From NCBI RefSeq assembly GCF_019464535.1, contig NZ_CP080507.1:2430001-2462000 (forward strand): a DNA stretch of 32,000 nt, given 5' to 3'. Below are positions 23,316 through 32,000 of the stretch, piece after piece; within the stretch, counting starts at the first letter, position 1, and each line of letters starts with the position of its first letter. The notes beneath the pieces are model-generated. The model had not been told where the DNA came from and ran no database searches. It saw nothing but the letters and a program-made list of their open reading frames with translations. Position numbers and translations under genes: made by a program. The stretch is from Horticoccus luteus. GTDB lineage: Bacteria; Verrucomicrobiota; Verrucomicrobiia; Opitutales; Opitutaceae.

Positions 23316-23870
23316 TCAATTCAACGTCGTGTCATCGGGCTCGTTCGCCAGCAGTTTCCACCGGGCGTCCACCTCCCCAAGCACCACACTCCAGAGGCTG
23401 TCATCTGGAGCATGTTGCAGCAAATCCGGCGGCGCCGCAGACACGATCCACGTCTTGCGCTCCATCTCTCCCTCCAGCTGTCCCGCCGACCATCCCGCGT
23501 AACCCAAAAAGCCGCGCACCTGCGTCCCTTCTTCACCCGCCAGCAGCATCGCCTTTTCGGGGTCCAAACCGAAATGCAGCCGAAACCCATCCGGTTGCGG
23601 CTGCCAGGCCACGAGGATCAGTTGCTCATCCTGCACCGGCCCCCCGCGATAAATCGGCACCGACGCCAGATCGGTCAGCGCAAACCCTCCATCCAATTCC
23701 GCCAGCGATTTTCCCGCCGGCCGGTTGAGCACCACGCCCATCGCCCCTTCCGCATTGTGCGCCGACATCAGAATCACCGCGCGCCGAAAGTTCGGGTCGC
23801 GCAGCACCGGATGCGCCAGTAACAGCGAACCCGCGAGCGTTTCAGGAGTGCTTCTCGGCCGGTCCGTCAT
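23316..23870 (-). CDS. YqgE/AlgH family protein (UPF0301)
   Basis: The motifs LLLAHPVLRDPNFRRAVILMSAHNAEGAMGVVLNRP, GGPV and GYAGWSAGQLEGEM are the AlgH-family hallmarks. The ATG at 23870 gives 184 aa. The tracked upstream extension to 24278 overlaps the neighbouring gene. Confidence 0.85.
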   Translation of the reverse strand: MTDRPRSTPETLAGSLLLAHPVLRDPNFRRAVILMSAHNAEGAMGVVLNRPAGKSLAELDGGFALTDLASVPIYRGGPVQDEQLILVAWQPQPDGFRLHFGLDPEKAMLLAGEEGTQVRGFLGYAGWSAGQLEGEMERKTWIVSAAPPDLLQHAPDDSLWSVVLGEVDARWKLLANEPDDTTLN

Positions 23871-23872
23871 CG

Positions 23873-24346
23873 TTAGAGTTTCGTCAGCTTGACCCCGGCG
23901 CCGTCCAGCAACGGCGCCACCAAGGGATCGTTGTTGTAATCCGTATGGTAACGAATTTCCGCGATGCCCGCACCCGCCAGGATCTTCACGCAATTCAAGC
24001 ACGGGAAATGCGTCACATACGCCACGCACCCTTCGACGGAACTCCCCCGCCGCGCTGCGTCGGCCACGGCATTTTGCTCCGCGTGCACCGTCGCCTGCTC
24101 GTGCCCGTCGCGGATCCGCGACACATGCGGCGAACCCGGCAGGTAGCCGTTGTAGCCCGCGGCCACCACGCGGTTCTTCCGCGCTCCGCCCGTCACCAGC
24201 ACGCACCCCACGTGCAACCGCTCGCAATTCGACCGCGAGGCGATCAACGCCGCCGTCGCCATGAAATACTCGTCCCACGACGGCCGGTGCGGGAAATCCG
24301 CCGTCGCTTGAATGATGAGATCGATCGGTGACGCGTCGTCCGCCAT
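23873..24346 (-). CDS. dCMP deaminase (cytidine/deoxycytidylate deaminase zinc-binding family)
   Basis: The sequence has PSWDEYFMATAALIASRSNC, the zinc and catalytic motif HAEQNA, and PCLNC. The ATG at 24346 gives 157 aa. Confidence 0.88.
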   Translation of the reverse strand: MADDASPIDLIIQATADFPHRPSWDEYFMATAALIASRSNCERLHVGCVLVTGGARKNRVVAAGYNGYLPGSPHVSRIRDGHEQATVHAEQNAVADAARRGSSVEGCVAYVTHFPCLNCVKILAGAGIAEIRYHTDYNNDPLVAPLLDGAGVKLTKL

Positions 24347-24449
24347 GCCGGAGTAAATGCCACCCTCAATGCTTCGCGCAAGGCGGGTTTCACGATTTGA
24401 CGCGCCTCGCCGCTCGCCTCGCGCACTTTTCCCACCTATTCGTTTCCCC

Positions 24450-25202
24450 ATGGCCAAGCTCCCCGATCTCGTCGCGTATTGCGACCGCCGCACCCGCCGC
24501 GCCGCGTTCAAGGACGCGCCTGGCGCCTTCAACGGCCTCCAACTCGCCAACGCCGGCCGCGTGACCAAAATCGGCGCCGCGGTCGACGCCGGCGTCGAGC
24601 CCTTCCGCCTCGCCGTCGCCGCCGGCGTCGACTTTCTCATCGTGCACCACGGCATGTATTGGGACATGCCGCGCCCGCTCACCGGTCCCGTTTACGACCG
24701 CGTCGCGACGTTGATTCAGGGCAACTGCGCGCTCTATTCGAATCATCTCCCGCTCGATGCGCATCCGGAAATCGGCAACAATGCCCTCCTCGCCGCCCAG
24801 CTTGGTTTGCGCCGCGATCGCGGTTTCCTGCCCAACGAGGGCGGCGACATCGGCCTCATCGCCCGCAACCGCCATTCCCGCGCCGAACTGCGTGCCCGCC
24901 TGGAAAAACTTTACCCCCGCGTAATCGCCATCGAATACGGCGCCCCGAAACCGCGGGCGGTCGCCTTCTGCAGCGGCAGCGGCAACAGCGCTCTCGGCGG
25001 GCTCGCTGGGACCGGCGTTGACACGCTCATCACCGGCGAACTCCGCGAAGAACATTTCAACCGCGCCCAAGAGGAAAAATTGAACCTCTACCTCTGCGGC
25101 CACTACGCCACGGAAGTCCACGCGGTGCGCGCCCTCGCCGCCGAACTCGCCGCCAAGTTTGAGTTGCCGTGGGAGTTCATCGCCACGGATAATCCGCTCT
25201 GA
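24450..25202 (+). CDS. Nif3-like dinuclear metal centre protein (YbgI / GTP cyclohydrolase 1 type 2 family)
   Basis: The sequence has DFLIVHHGMYW, the His/Asp metal ligand context SNHLPLDAH, and the C-terminal GHYATE. I prefer the start at 24450 (MAKLPDL). Confidence 0.85.
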   Translation: MAKLPDLVAYCDRRTRRAAFKDAPGAFNGLQLANAGRVTKIGAAVDAGVEPFRLAVAAGVDFLIVHHGMYWDMPRPLTGPVYDRVATLIQGNCALYSNHLPLDAHPEIGNNALLAAQLGLRRDRGFLPNEGGDIGLIARNRHSRAELRARLEKLYPRVIAIEYGAPKPRAVAFCSGSGNSALGGLAGTGVDTLITGELREEHFNRAQEEKLNLYLCGHYATEVHAVRALAAELAAKFELPWEFIATDNPL

Positions 25203-25206
25203 CGGC

Positions 25207-25635
25207 ATGAAAAAAATCGCGCTCCTGCACGGCCCCAACCTCGACCGCCTCGGTAAACGCGAGCCGGAGATCTACGGCCGCGCCACCCTCGCCGACCTCG
25301 AAACCGCCCTGCGCGCCGAATTCGGCACCGCCGCCGAGCTCCACTTTTTCCAGTCCAACCACGAAGGCGCGCTCATCGACGAAATCGCACGGCTCGCCGA
25401 GGCGAAATTCGACGCCCTCGTCCTCAACGCCGGCGCCCTCACTCACACCAGTGTCGCCTTGCGCGATGCCGTGGCGGGCTCCGGCCTCAAGACCGTCGAG
25501 GTGCATATTTCCAACGTCTATCGCCGCGAAGAATTCCGCCACCACTCCTACCTCTCCGGCGTTTCCGTCGGGGTCGTTGCCGGTCTCGGTTTCGAAGGCT
25601 ACCACGCCGCGCTTCGTTTTCTTCTTCCAGCCTGA
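25207..25635 (+). CDS. aroQ: 3-dehydroquinate dehydratase, type II
   Basis: The motifs are LLHGPNLDRLGKREPEIYG, FQSNHEGALID, NAGALTHTSVALRDA and VEVHISNVYRREEFRHHS. Confidence 0.92.
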   Translation: MKKIALLHGPNLDRLGKREPEIYGRATLADLETALRAEFGTAAELHFFQSNHEGALIDEIARLAEAKFDALVLNAGALTHTSVALRDAVAGSGLKTVEVHISNVYRREEFRHHSYLSGVSVGVVAGLGFEGYHAALRFLLPA

Positions 25636-25638
25636 CAC

Positions 25639-26130
25639 ATGAGCGAGACGCGCTGGTTCGTGTGTCACACCCGTCCGCGGTGTGAGAAAAAATTCGCCGC
25701 TCTCATGGCGGCCGAGAAGTTCGAGCACTACCTCGCGCTCGTGAACAGCGAGCGGCGCTATGGCAAGCAGACCAAGCGCTTCACCAAGCCGCTCTTCCCC
25801 GGCTACGTCTTCGCGAAAATCCCCCTCGAACTTAAGGCGCGCATCTACCAAATGGAGCTCCTCGCCCGCGCGATTCCTGTGGACGACGAAACGCGTTTCC
25901 TCGCTCAGCTCGAAGGCGTGAAAGCGATCGTCGCCTCCGGCTTCGAACTCACGGTGATGCCGCTGCTCACCAAAGGCCGGCGCGTTAAAGTCACCGGCGG
26001 CCCGCTCTGGGGCCTCGAAGGTTTCGTCGACAACCCTCTCGACCCGCACGGCGTCGTCATCTCCGTCGACGTTCTGCAGCAAGGCCTCCTCGTCCGCGTG
26101 CCCGCGGAAAATCTCCAAGTTCTGCCTTAA
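25639..26130 (+). CDS. Specialised NusG paralogue (NGN domain plus KOW; RfaH/UpxY/LoaP-like)
   Basis: WFVCHTRPRCEKKFAALM...KPLFPGYVFAKI is an NGN-domain pattern. The C-terminal GRRVKVTGGPLWGLEGFV is a KOW motif. At 163 aa it lacks the surrounding secE-nusG-rplK context of housekeeping NusG. Confidence 0.75.
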   Translation: MSETRWFVCHTRPRCEKKFAALMAAEKFEHYLALVNSERRYGKQTKRFTKPLFPGYVFAKIPLELKARIYQMELLARAIPVDDETRFLAQLEGVKAIVASGFELTVMPLLTKGRRVKVTGGPLWGLEGFVDNPLDPHGVVISVDVLQQGLLVRVPAENLQVLP

Positions 26131-26271
26131 CGGCCCCGCCGCCCGTCCAAGCGCGCCCGCGCCTCTTATCGTTCACGAGCCCGCACTCGTGCTCGTAACC
26201 TTGCTCATGCTAGCGAACGCGCTCCGCCTCCTACTCGCGCCCGCGGCCGCCCCAACGCCGGCCCGCCGCCC

Positions 26272-27108
26272 TTACGGCAACCACGGAAACTTCCGCGCAT
26301 CCGGCTTCCGCTTCTCGCGTTGCGCGCGGTGAAATTCCTTCGCCTCGTCGCTCATGTAGTAGAGCAGCGTCGCGTTGCCCGCGAGCTCCTGGATGCCCGA
26401 CTGCCCGTCGACGTCCGCATTGAATCCACTTTTCAGGCACCGTATCGCCAGCGGACTATTCTGCATGATTTCGCCGGCCCATTTCAGGCCTTCCGCTTCG
26501 AGATCCGCCACCGGCACAACCGTGTTGATCAACCCCATGTCGAGCGCCTGTTGCGCGGAATACTGCCGGCAAAGATACCAGATCTCCCGCGCCTTTTTCT
26601 GCCCCACGATGCGCGCGAGATAGCTCGATCCAAAGCCGCCGTCGAAACTCCCCATCTTCGGCCCGATCTGCCCGAAGATGCCGTTGTCCGCCGCGATCGT
26701 CAGATCGCACACGAGCTGCAGCACATGGCCGCCGCCGATCGCGTAACCCGCTACGAGCGCGATCACGACTTTCGGCATCGAGCGAATCAGCTTCTGCAAA
26801 TCCAGCACGTTGAGCCGCGGCACGCCGTCGCCGCCCACATAGCCCATCGGCCCGCGCACGCTCTGATCGCCGCCCGCGCAAAACGCATACTTGCCGTCCG
26901 TGTGCGGCCCCGCGCCCGTCAAAAGCACCACGCCGATCGACTGATCTTCGCGCGCATCGCAAAACGCCTCGAACATCTGCGACACCGTCTCCGGTCGGAA
27001 CGCGTTGCGCTTCTCCGGCCGGTTGATCGTCACCTTCGCGACGCCGTCGGCCTTGTGATACAGAATATCGGAGTAAGTTTTAACCTCTTGCCAGTTCGTA
27101 AAACTCAT
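26272..27108 (-). CDS. menB: 1,4-dihydroxy-2-naphthoyl-CoA synthase
   Basis: The sequence has [23 protein letters not shown], the crotonase fold, and VLLTGAG...[11 protein letters not shown]. The ATG at 27108 gives 278 aa. The tracked ORF start at 27822 is an artefactual extension antisense to kup. Confidence 0.92.
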   Translation of the reverse strand: MSFTNWQEVKTYSDILYHKADGVAKVTINRPEKRNAFRPETVSQMFEAFCDAREDQSIGVVLLTGAGPHTDGKYAFCAGGDQSVRGPMGYVGGDGVPRLNVLDLQKLIRSMPKVVIALVAGYAIGGGHVLQLVCDLTIAADNGIFGQIGPKMGSFDGGFGSSYLARIVGQKKAREIWYLCRQYSAQQALDMGLINTVVPVADLEAEGLKWAGEIMQNSPLAIRCLKSGFNADVDGQSGIQELAGNATLLYYMSDEAKEFHRAQREKRKPDARKFPWLP

Positions 27109-27119
27109 AAGGGGAATAT

Positions 27120-27149
27120 CTGACACGCATTTCGTCCGCCTGACACGCA
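27120..27149. repeat. Direct repeat CTGACACGCA x2 with 20-bp period in the menB-kup divergent intergenic region
   Basis: Exact 10-mers sit at 27120-27129 and 27140-27149. A second direct repeat, GTTCCATGA, sits at 27204-27212 and 27221-27229, and its second copy contains the kup ATG. A regulatory role is inferred only. Confidence 0.3.
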
Positions 27150-27225
27150 CGGATTCAAGCTGTTTTCGTCTCCCCCGCGAATACTGCTTGGAGCCCGCAC
27201 GACGTTCCATGACACTGCCCGTTCC

Positions 27226-29115
27226 ATGAGCACGACCGCCCCGACTCCCGCTCGCTCCCCGGCGAAGGCGGCCCTGACCATCGGTGCCCTCGGCGTCGTC
27301 TTCGGCGACATCGGAACCAGTCCCCTCTATTCCATGCGCGAGTGTCTCGCGCAAATCGATCCGACTGCTCGCGCCGCCGGCGTGATCGGCATCCTCTCCT
27401 TGATGCTGTGGGCCCTGATCATCGTCGTATGCATCAAATACATCGGGTTGGTCACCCGCGCCGACAACCGCGGCGAAGGCGGTATTTTCACCCTCCTGGC
27501 CCTCAGCCATACGCGCAACGATCCCCGCCGGAATTCGCTCAACTTCACCGTCCTCATCATCCTCGCCGGCGCTGCGCTCCTTTACGGCGACAGCGTGATC
27601 ACGCCGGCCATCTCCGTGTTGAGCGCCGCCGAGGGTTTGAAAACGGTCAGTCCCGCCTTCGACCACTATATTCCCCTCATTGCCTGCGTGATTCTTGCGG
27701 GCCTCTTTTGGATGCAACGCCACGGCACCCACGCCATCGGCCGCATTTTCGGTCCCGTGATGCTCACTTGGTTCACCGTCCTCGGCCTGCTCGGGCTGTG
27801 GCACATCCACGAATCGCCCCAAGTGCTCGCCGCGCTCAATCCACTCGCCGGCGTCCGCCTCCTGCTCAACTCACCCGGCACGGCGTTTATCCTTCTCGGC
27901 TCCGTCGTCCTCACCATCACCGGCGCCGAGGCGCTTTACGCCGATATGGGCCACTTCGGGCGCCCCGCGATCATGCGCGCCTGGTTCCTCTTCGCGTTCC
28001 CCGGCCTCCTGCTCAACTATTTCGGCCAGGGTGCTCACGTTCTGCAAAACCCCGCGTCCGTCGACAACCCATTCTTCGCGCTCGCGCCCGCCGGCTGGCC
28101 GCAGCTTGCCCTCACCCTCCTCTCGGTCGTCGCCGCGGTCATCGCCAGCCAGGCGGTGATCTCCGGCGCCTATTCGCTCACCCGCTCCGCGATCCAGCTC
28201 GGCTATTTTCCCCGCCTGAAAATCACGCACACCAACGCCGCGCAAGAAGGCCAGATTTTCGTTCCGCTGATTAACTCCGCGCTCGCCATCGTCTCCATCC
28301 TCGTCGTCGCCACCTTCAAGTCCAGCGACCGGCTCGCCTCCGCGTATGGCATCGCCGTCACCGGCACCATGGTCGTCACGACCTACGCCTTCTTCCACGT
28401 CGCCCGCCGCCACTGGCATTGGCCGCTCTGGCGCGCGGTCACCGTCTGCTCTCTTTTCATGGCGGTCGATCTGACCTTCTTCATCGCCACGTTGCACAAG
28501 TTCGCCGACGGCGGCTGGCTGCCCATCGCCATCGCCCTCGCCGTCATCGTGATCATGCACACGTGGAAACGTGGCAAAAACGAGATTCAGGAAAAGGTTT
28601 ACAGCCGCGCCCTCGCCGAACTCGAGCTCTCCCAGATTTCTCAGAGCAAATCCATCGTCCGCGTGCCCGGCTCCGCCGTCTTCATGGCCGGCTCGCCGCG
28701 CGGCGTGCCCCTCGCGTTGCTGCACCATCTCAAGGCCAACAAATGCCTCCAGCAAACCGTCGTATTGATGACCATCATCAACGAGGAATTGCCGCACGTC
28801 GCCGACGACGAACGCCTCACGATCGAAGATCATGGCAACGGCGTCTGGCGCGCGATCTGCCGCTACGGCTACATGGAAACGCCCGACGTCAGCAGCATCA
28901 TGCAACGCGTGCGCGAGCGCGATGTGCCGCTGAATCCCCAGGGCGCCACCTTCTATTTCAATCGCGAAATGATCATCTCCGGCGGCAGCGCCAAAATGTG
29001 GGAATGGCAGAAATCCTTCTACGCCTTCCTCAGCCGCAACGCCCGCCCCGTGAAAGATTACTACCAGATCGTGCCCACGCAGATCATCGAAATCGGTCTG
29101 CCGATCCAGTTGTAA
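27226..29115 (+). CDS. kup: KUP/HAK/KT family potassium transporter
   Basis: The sequence has [16 protein letters not shown] and [13 protein letters not shown], about 12 TM segments, and a cytoplasmic C-terminal domain. The length is 629 aa. Confidence 0.95.
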   Translation: MSTTAPTPARSPAKAALTIGALGVVFGDIGTSPLYSMRECLAQIDPTARAAGVIGILSLMLWALIIVVCIKYIGLVTRADNRGEGGIFTLLALSHTRNDPRRNSLNFTVLIILAGAALLYGDSVITPAISVLSAAEGLKTVSPAFDHYIPLIACVILAGLFWMQRHGTHAIGRIFGPVMLTWFTVLGLLGLWHIHESPQVLAALNPLAGVRLLLNSPGTAFILLGSVVLTITGAEALYADMGHFGRPAIMRAWFLFAFPGLLLNYFGQGAHVLQNPASVDNPFFALAPAGWPQLALTLLSVVAAVIASQAVISGAYSLTRSAIQLGYFPRLKITHTNAAQEGQIFVPLINSALAIVSILVVATFKSSDRLASAYGIAVTGTMVVTTYAFFHVARRHWHWPLWRAVTVCSLFMAVDLTFFIATLHKFADGGWLPIAIALAVIVIMHTWKRGKNEIQEKVYSRALAELELSQISQSKSIVRVPGSAVFMAGSPRGVPLALLHHLKANKCLQQTVVLMTIINEELPHVADDERLTIEDHGNGVWRAICRYGYMETPDVSSIMQRVRERDVPLNPQGATFYFNREMIISGGSAKMWEWQKSFYAFLSRNARPVKDYYQIVPTQIIEIGLPIQL

Positions 29116-29123
29116 ACACCGCC

Positions 29124-29561
29124 ATGCCCCCCGCGACCGTCTGCCGCTTGCGCGAGTTGACGCCCGCTGACTACGCCGCCGTCATCACCCTCTGGCGCAG
29201 TTGCCCGGGCATCGGTTTGACCGAGGCGGACAGCTACGCCGGCACCGTCGCTTACCTCGCGCGCAATCCCGGCCTGAGCGTCGTCGCGACCGACCTGACC
29301 GGCGCCATTGTCGGTGCCGTGCTTTGCGGACACGACGGCCGCCGCGGCTACCTGCATCATCTCGCCGTCGCACCTGCCTCGCGACGCCAGGGCATCGGCC
29401 GTCAACTCGTCGAGGAATGCCTCGCGCGCCTGCGCACTGCCGGCATCGCGAAGTGCAATCTGTTTCTCTTCGCCGATAACGCCGCAGGCCGCGCCTTCTG
29501 GTTGCGTTGCGGTTGGCACACACGCCTCGACCTCATGCTCGTGCAACGCGCCACGACCTGA
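29124..29561 (+). CDS. GNAT family N-acetyltransferase
   Basis: The acetyl-CoA binding motif A is HLAVAPASRRQGIGRQLV. The length is ~145 aa, and the start lies 8 nt after the kup stop. The substrate is unknown. Confidence 0.8.
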   Translation: MPPATVCRLRELTPADYAAVITLWRSCPGIGLTEADSYAGTVAYLARNPGLSVVATDLTGAIVGAVLCGHDGRRGYLHHLAVAPASRRQGIGRQLVEECLARLRTAGIAKCNLFLFADNAAGRAFWLRCGWHTRLDLMLVQRATT

Positions 29562-29614
29562 CGCGACGCTGGCGTCGGCGTCACCGCCAGCCGCCGCGCT
29601 TGAGGTTGAGCTAT

Positions 29615-31375
29615 TCAGGCCGGGCCCGATCGCCCCTTCGCCGCCGCTTCCGCCGCGACAAACAGCGCCTTGCGCCGCGCAGCGTCCGCCTTCCGATCCG
29701 TGCGCACTTCCAACACCCGCACGCCGCTCGCCGGCAGTTTCTCCAACGCCTGCCGCAGCTCCGCCCAATCGCGCACCTTCGCATGCACGATCCCATACGC
29801 GCCGACCAGCCGCGCGAAATCCACGCGCTGCGGCGTCGCAAAATATTCTTCAAACGGCGGATCGAATTGCGCGACCGGTAGATGACCGAAAATTCCGCCG
29901 CCGCCGTTGTTCACCAACACCACCGTCAAACTCCCGCGCAGTTTCGCCGCGAGGAGCAGTCCGTTCGTGTCGTGCAAAAACGCCAGATCGCCCGTGAGCA
30001 ACACCGCCGGCCGCTCCGCCCCATGCGCGATGCCCAGCGCGGTCGATAACGTGCCATCGATCCCGCTCGCGCCGCGGCTCGTGAACGTCTCGATCCGCGC
30101 GTCCGTCGCCGCCCAGAAATATTCCAGATCCCGCACCGGCATGCTGTTCGCCACGAAAAGCGGCGTTCCTTCCGGCAGCGTCTGCTGCAGCACGCGCGCG
30201 ATCTTCCCCTCGAACAACGTCTCCTCGCGATCCACCTCCGCCGCGATCGCCGTCGCCACGCGCGCATTCGCCTCATACCAACGCCCCGCATAATCGCTTT
30301 CGGCCGCCTCCGCCCGCTCCGGCAACGCCGCCGCCAGGGTCTCCGCGCTCACCTCCAGCGATCGCGCCGCCCCATGCACCGCATCGCGATTCACCACCCG
30401 CTCGCTCGCGAACCACAGCGGCACGCCGTCAAGACTCCGCAGCCATTCGCGCAACACCTTGCTCGTCGGCAACGCCTCCAGCACCAGCACCGCCTCGGGC
30501 CGCAGTTGCGCCGCGACGCTCTGGGCCCGCAACAGCGCATCGTAATGCGTCACCATCGGCCCGACCTCCGCCGCTCGATTGCGCAACGGCGACAGCGCAT
30601 CCGCCAACACCGGCCAGCCCAGCTTCCGTCCGATCCTCCCGACCGCCCGCGCATACGCCGCACCGCCCGGCCCTTGTCTTGACCCGCCAATCACCACGCC
30701 GTTCGCCGGCCACGCCGGCAACTCCGGCGCGGCGAAAACCGGCGTTCGCGACGGACTGAGATGCGCGAAAAAATCCTCCGTTACCAGCCCCGCCGCGCGT
30801 TGCTCCGTGCCATCCGGCAACGGTGGCAACGGATCGCGAAACGGCGCGTTCAAGTGCACCGGCCCGCGTTGCGGTGTGAGAGTGCGCCCGACCGCGTGCG
30901 CCACCATCTGCCGCGCATAACGCAGCATCGCCGCGTTCGCCTCGGGCACCGCCAGCTCATGATAGAAATTCACGTGCGCCCCGTAAAACTTCTGCTGGTC
31001 GATCGTCTGGCCCGACGAACAATCCCGCATCTCCGGCGGACGATCCGCCGTGAAAACCAGCAGCGGCGCACCGCTCTCCTCCGCCTCGATCACCGCCGGA
31101 AAGTAATTCGCACCCGCCGTGCCCGACGTGCAGACCAGCACCACCGGCCGGTCCTCGCGCCGCGCCAGCCCCAGCGCGAAAAACGCCGCCGAGCGCTCGT
31201 CGAGCACCGGCACCACCTCGATCTCTTCGTGTCGCACCAGCGCCATCGTGAGCGGCGTCGACCGCGACCCCGGCGAGATCACCGCACGCGTCACGCCGCA
31301 TCGCACCAGCGTTTCTGCGATCACGCTGCACCACAGCGCATTCACGTTTCGAAAATCGAGCGCCGTCGTTTTCAT
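29615..31375 (-). CDS. menD: 2-succinyl-5-enolpyruvyl-6-hydroxy-3-cyclohexene-1-carboxylate (SEPHCHC) synthase
   Basis: It has the ThDP-enzyme layout. The N-terminus is NALWCSVIAETLVRCGVTRAVISPGSRSTPL. The C-terminal ThDP motif is GASGIDG...GDLAFLHDTNGL...VVLVNNGGGGIF. I chose the ATG at 31375 (MKTTALD), which overlaps the menF stop in ATGA. Confidence 0.9.
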   Translation of the reverse strand: MKTTALDFRNVNALWCSVIAETLVRCGVTRAVISPGSRSTPLTMALVRHEEIEVVPVLDERSAAFFALGLARREDRPVVLVCTSGTAGANYFPAVIEAEESGAPLLVFTADRPPEMRDCSSGQTIDQQKFYGAHVNFYHELAVPEANAAMLRYARQMVAHAVGRTLTPQRGPVHLNAPFRDPLPPLPDGTEQRAAGLVTEDFFAHLSPSRTPVFAAPELPAWPANGVVIGGSRQGPGGAAYARAVGRIGRKLGWPVLADALSPLRNRAAEVGPMVTHYDALLRAQSVAAQLRPEAVLVLEALPTSKVLREWLRSLDGVPLWFASERVVNRDAVHGAARSLEVSAETLAAALPERAEAAESDYAGRWYEANARVATAIAAEVDREETLFEGKIARVLQQTLPEGTPLFVANSMPVRDLEYFWAATDARIETFTSRGASGIDGTLSTALGIAHGAERPAVLLTGDLAFLHDTNGLLLAAKLRGSLTVVLVNNGGGGIFGHLPVAQFDPPFEEYFATPQRVDFARLVGAYGIVHAKVRDWAELRQALEKLPASGVRVLEVRTDRKADAARRKALFVAAEAAAKGRSGPA

Positions 31376-32000
31376 GGCGCGAGCAACGCCTCCTGCATCG
31401 CGCGAAACTTCCACTCCGCCTCCGCGAATTCCTGTTCCGGCGACGATCCTGCCACGATGCCCGCACCCGCGTAGAGCCGCGCCGTCGCGCCCTCCACCAA
31501 CGCCGACCGCAGCCCGAGGAAAAACTCGCCGTCGCCCCGACCGTCGATCCAGCCGATCGCGCCCGCATACAGCCCGCGCGGAAACGCCTCGTGCTCGCGA
31601 ATCCGCGCCACCGCCGCCGCGCGCGGCGTGCCGCCCACCGCCGGCGTCGGATACAACCGGCTCAACACCTCGCCGACCCTCACGTCGTCCGGCAGCCGCG
31701 CACGCACCGGCGTATGCAGATGCTGCACATTCGCGAAACGCCGCAGCACGGGCCGCTGCGGATATTCCGGCACGAGGCTCAGTTCCCTCAGCCGCCGCAC
31801 GATCGAGCCCAGCACCGCCCGGTGCTCGCGCAGATCTTTTTCGCTGCGCAGCAGCGCCCCGCCCACCGCCGCATCTTCGCTCGCCGTCGCGCCGCGCGGC
31901 GCCGATCCCGCGAGCGCTTCCGTCGTCAACACCTGCGCCTGCACGCGCAGGAGCCGCTCCGGACTCGCGCCGATGAAGCTCTGCCCGCGCCCGTTCGCCA
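31372..32000 (-). CDS. menF: Isochorismate synthase, C-terminal part (gene continues beyond the window end)
   Basis: The frame stays open to the window edge, and manual translation upstream of the tracked GTG gives ...FIGASPERLL. Downstream are the chorismate-binding signatures LYPTPAVGGTP, RGLYAGAIGW and AGAGIVAGSSPEQEFAE. Confidence 0.85.
   Translation of the reverse strand, partial: ANGRGQSFIGASPERLLRVQAQVLTTEALAGSAPRGATASEDAAVGGALLRSEKDLREHRAVLGSIVRRLRELSLVPEYPQRPVLRRFANVQHLHTPVRARLPDDVRVGEVLSRLYPTPAVGGTPRAAAVARIREHEAFPRGLYAGAIGWIDGRGDGEFFLGLRSALVEGATARLYAGAGIVAGSSPEQEFAEAEWKFRAMQEALLAP

Noticed and set aside
26131-26271. Terminator or ncRNA in the convergent spacer between the NusG paralogue and menB
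   Set aside because: Only a 6-bp hairpin is present (CACGAG-N6-CTCGTG, 26173-26190), with no U-tract on either strand. That is too weak to call.
27109-27225. c-di-AMP (ydaO/kimA-type) riboswitch upstream of kup
   Set aside because: The spacer of ~117 nt is shared with the menB promoter, so it is too short. It shows no pseudo-two-fold ACGR/CCC-type conserved cores that I can recognise.
1-32000. tRNA or rRNA genes, CRISPR arrays, IS elements, integrases, or toxin-antitoxin and defence islands
   Set aside because: I found no T-arm-like GGTTCGAATCC-type motifs and no regularly spaced repeats. I also found no transposase, integrase or restriction-like ORFs in any frame. Apart from the loci flagged above, the window is core-genome-like.

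Overview
High-GC, densely coded chromosomal segment from a Gram-negative bacterium. My guess is a Verrucomicrobiota/Opitutales-like organism, which cannot be verified from this window. Most of it is ordinary housekeeping: lpxI, dus, sufT, sppA, dapF, fabV, dtd, hrpB, typA, rpmJ/rpmE paralogues, aroQ, menFDB and kup. Two envelope and polysaccharide islands are embedded in it. The first is an OMP / Wza-like / Wzc-like export trio at the left edge. The second is an exosortase-EpsI fusion, followed by a translationally coupled 30-aa membrane micro-ORF and a membrane-anchored protein of unknown function. The stand-out feature is a ~1.1 kb gap between hrpB and a secreted beta-helix protein (18081-19186) with no convincing ORF. 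It is packed with short GC helices capped by GNRA-type loops, all in + orientation. It also contains several long-range complementarities and ends in a textbook intrinsic terminator on the + strand, opposite to both flanking genes. Its 5' third carries motifs collinear with bacterial RNase P RNA, but with atypical architecture. I cannot assign the 3' ~520 nt to any RNA class, so I flag it as a candidate large structured ncRNA. Other items worth a look are a 498-aa protein of unknown function, an orphan NusG paralogue at the end of an operon, a Zn-independent L36/L31 paralogue pair, and direct repeats in the menB-kup divergent region. I found no tRNA, rRNA, CRISPR array or transposase. The many very long ORFs antisense to real genes are high-GC artefacts.
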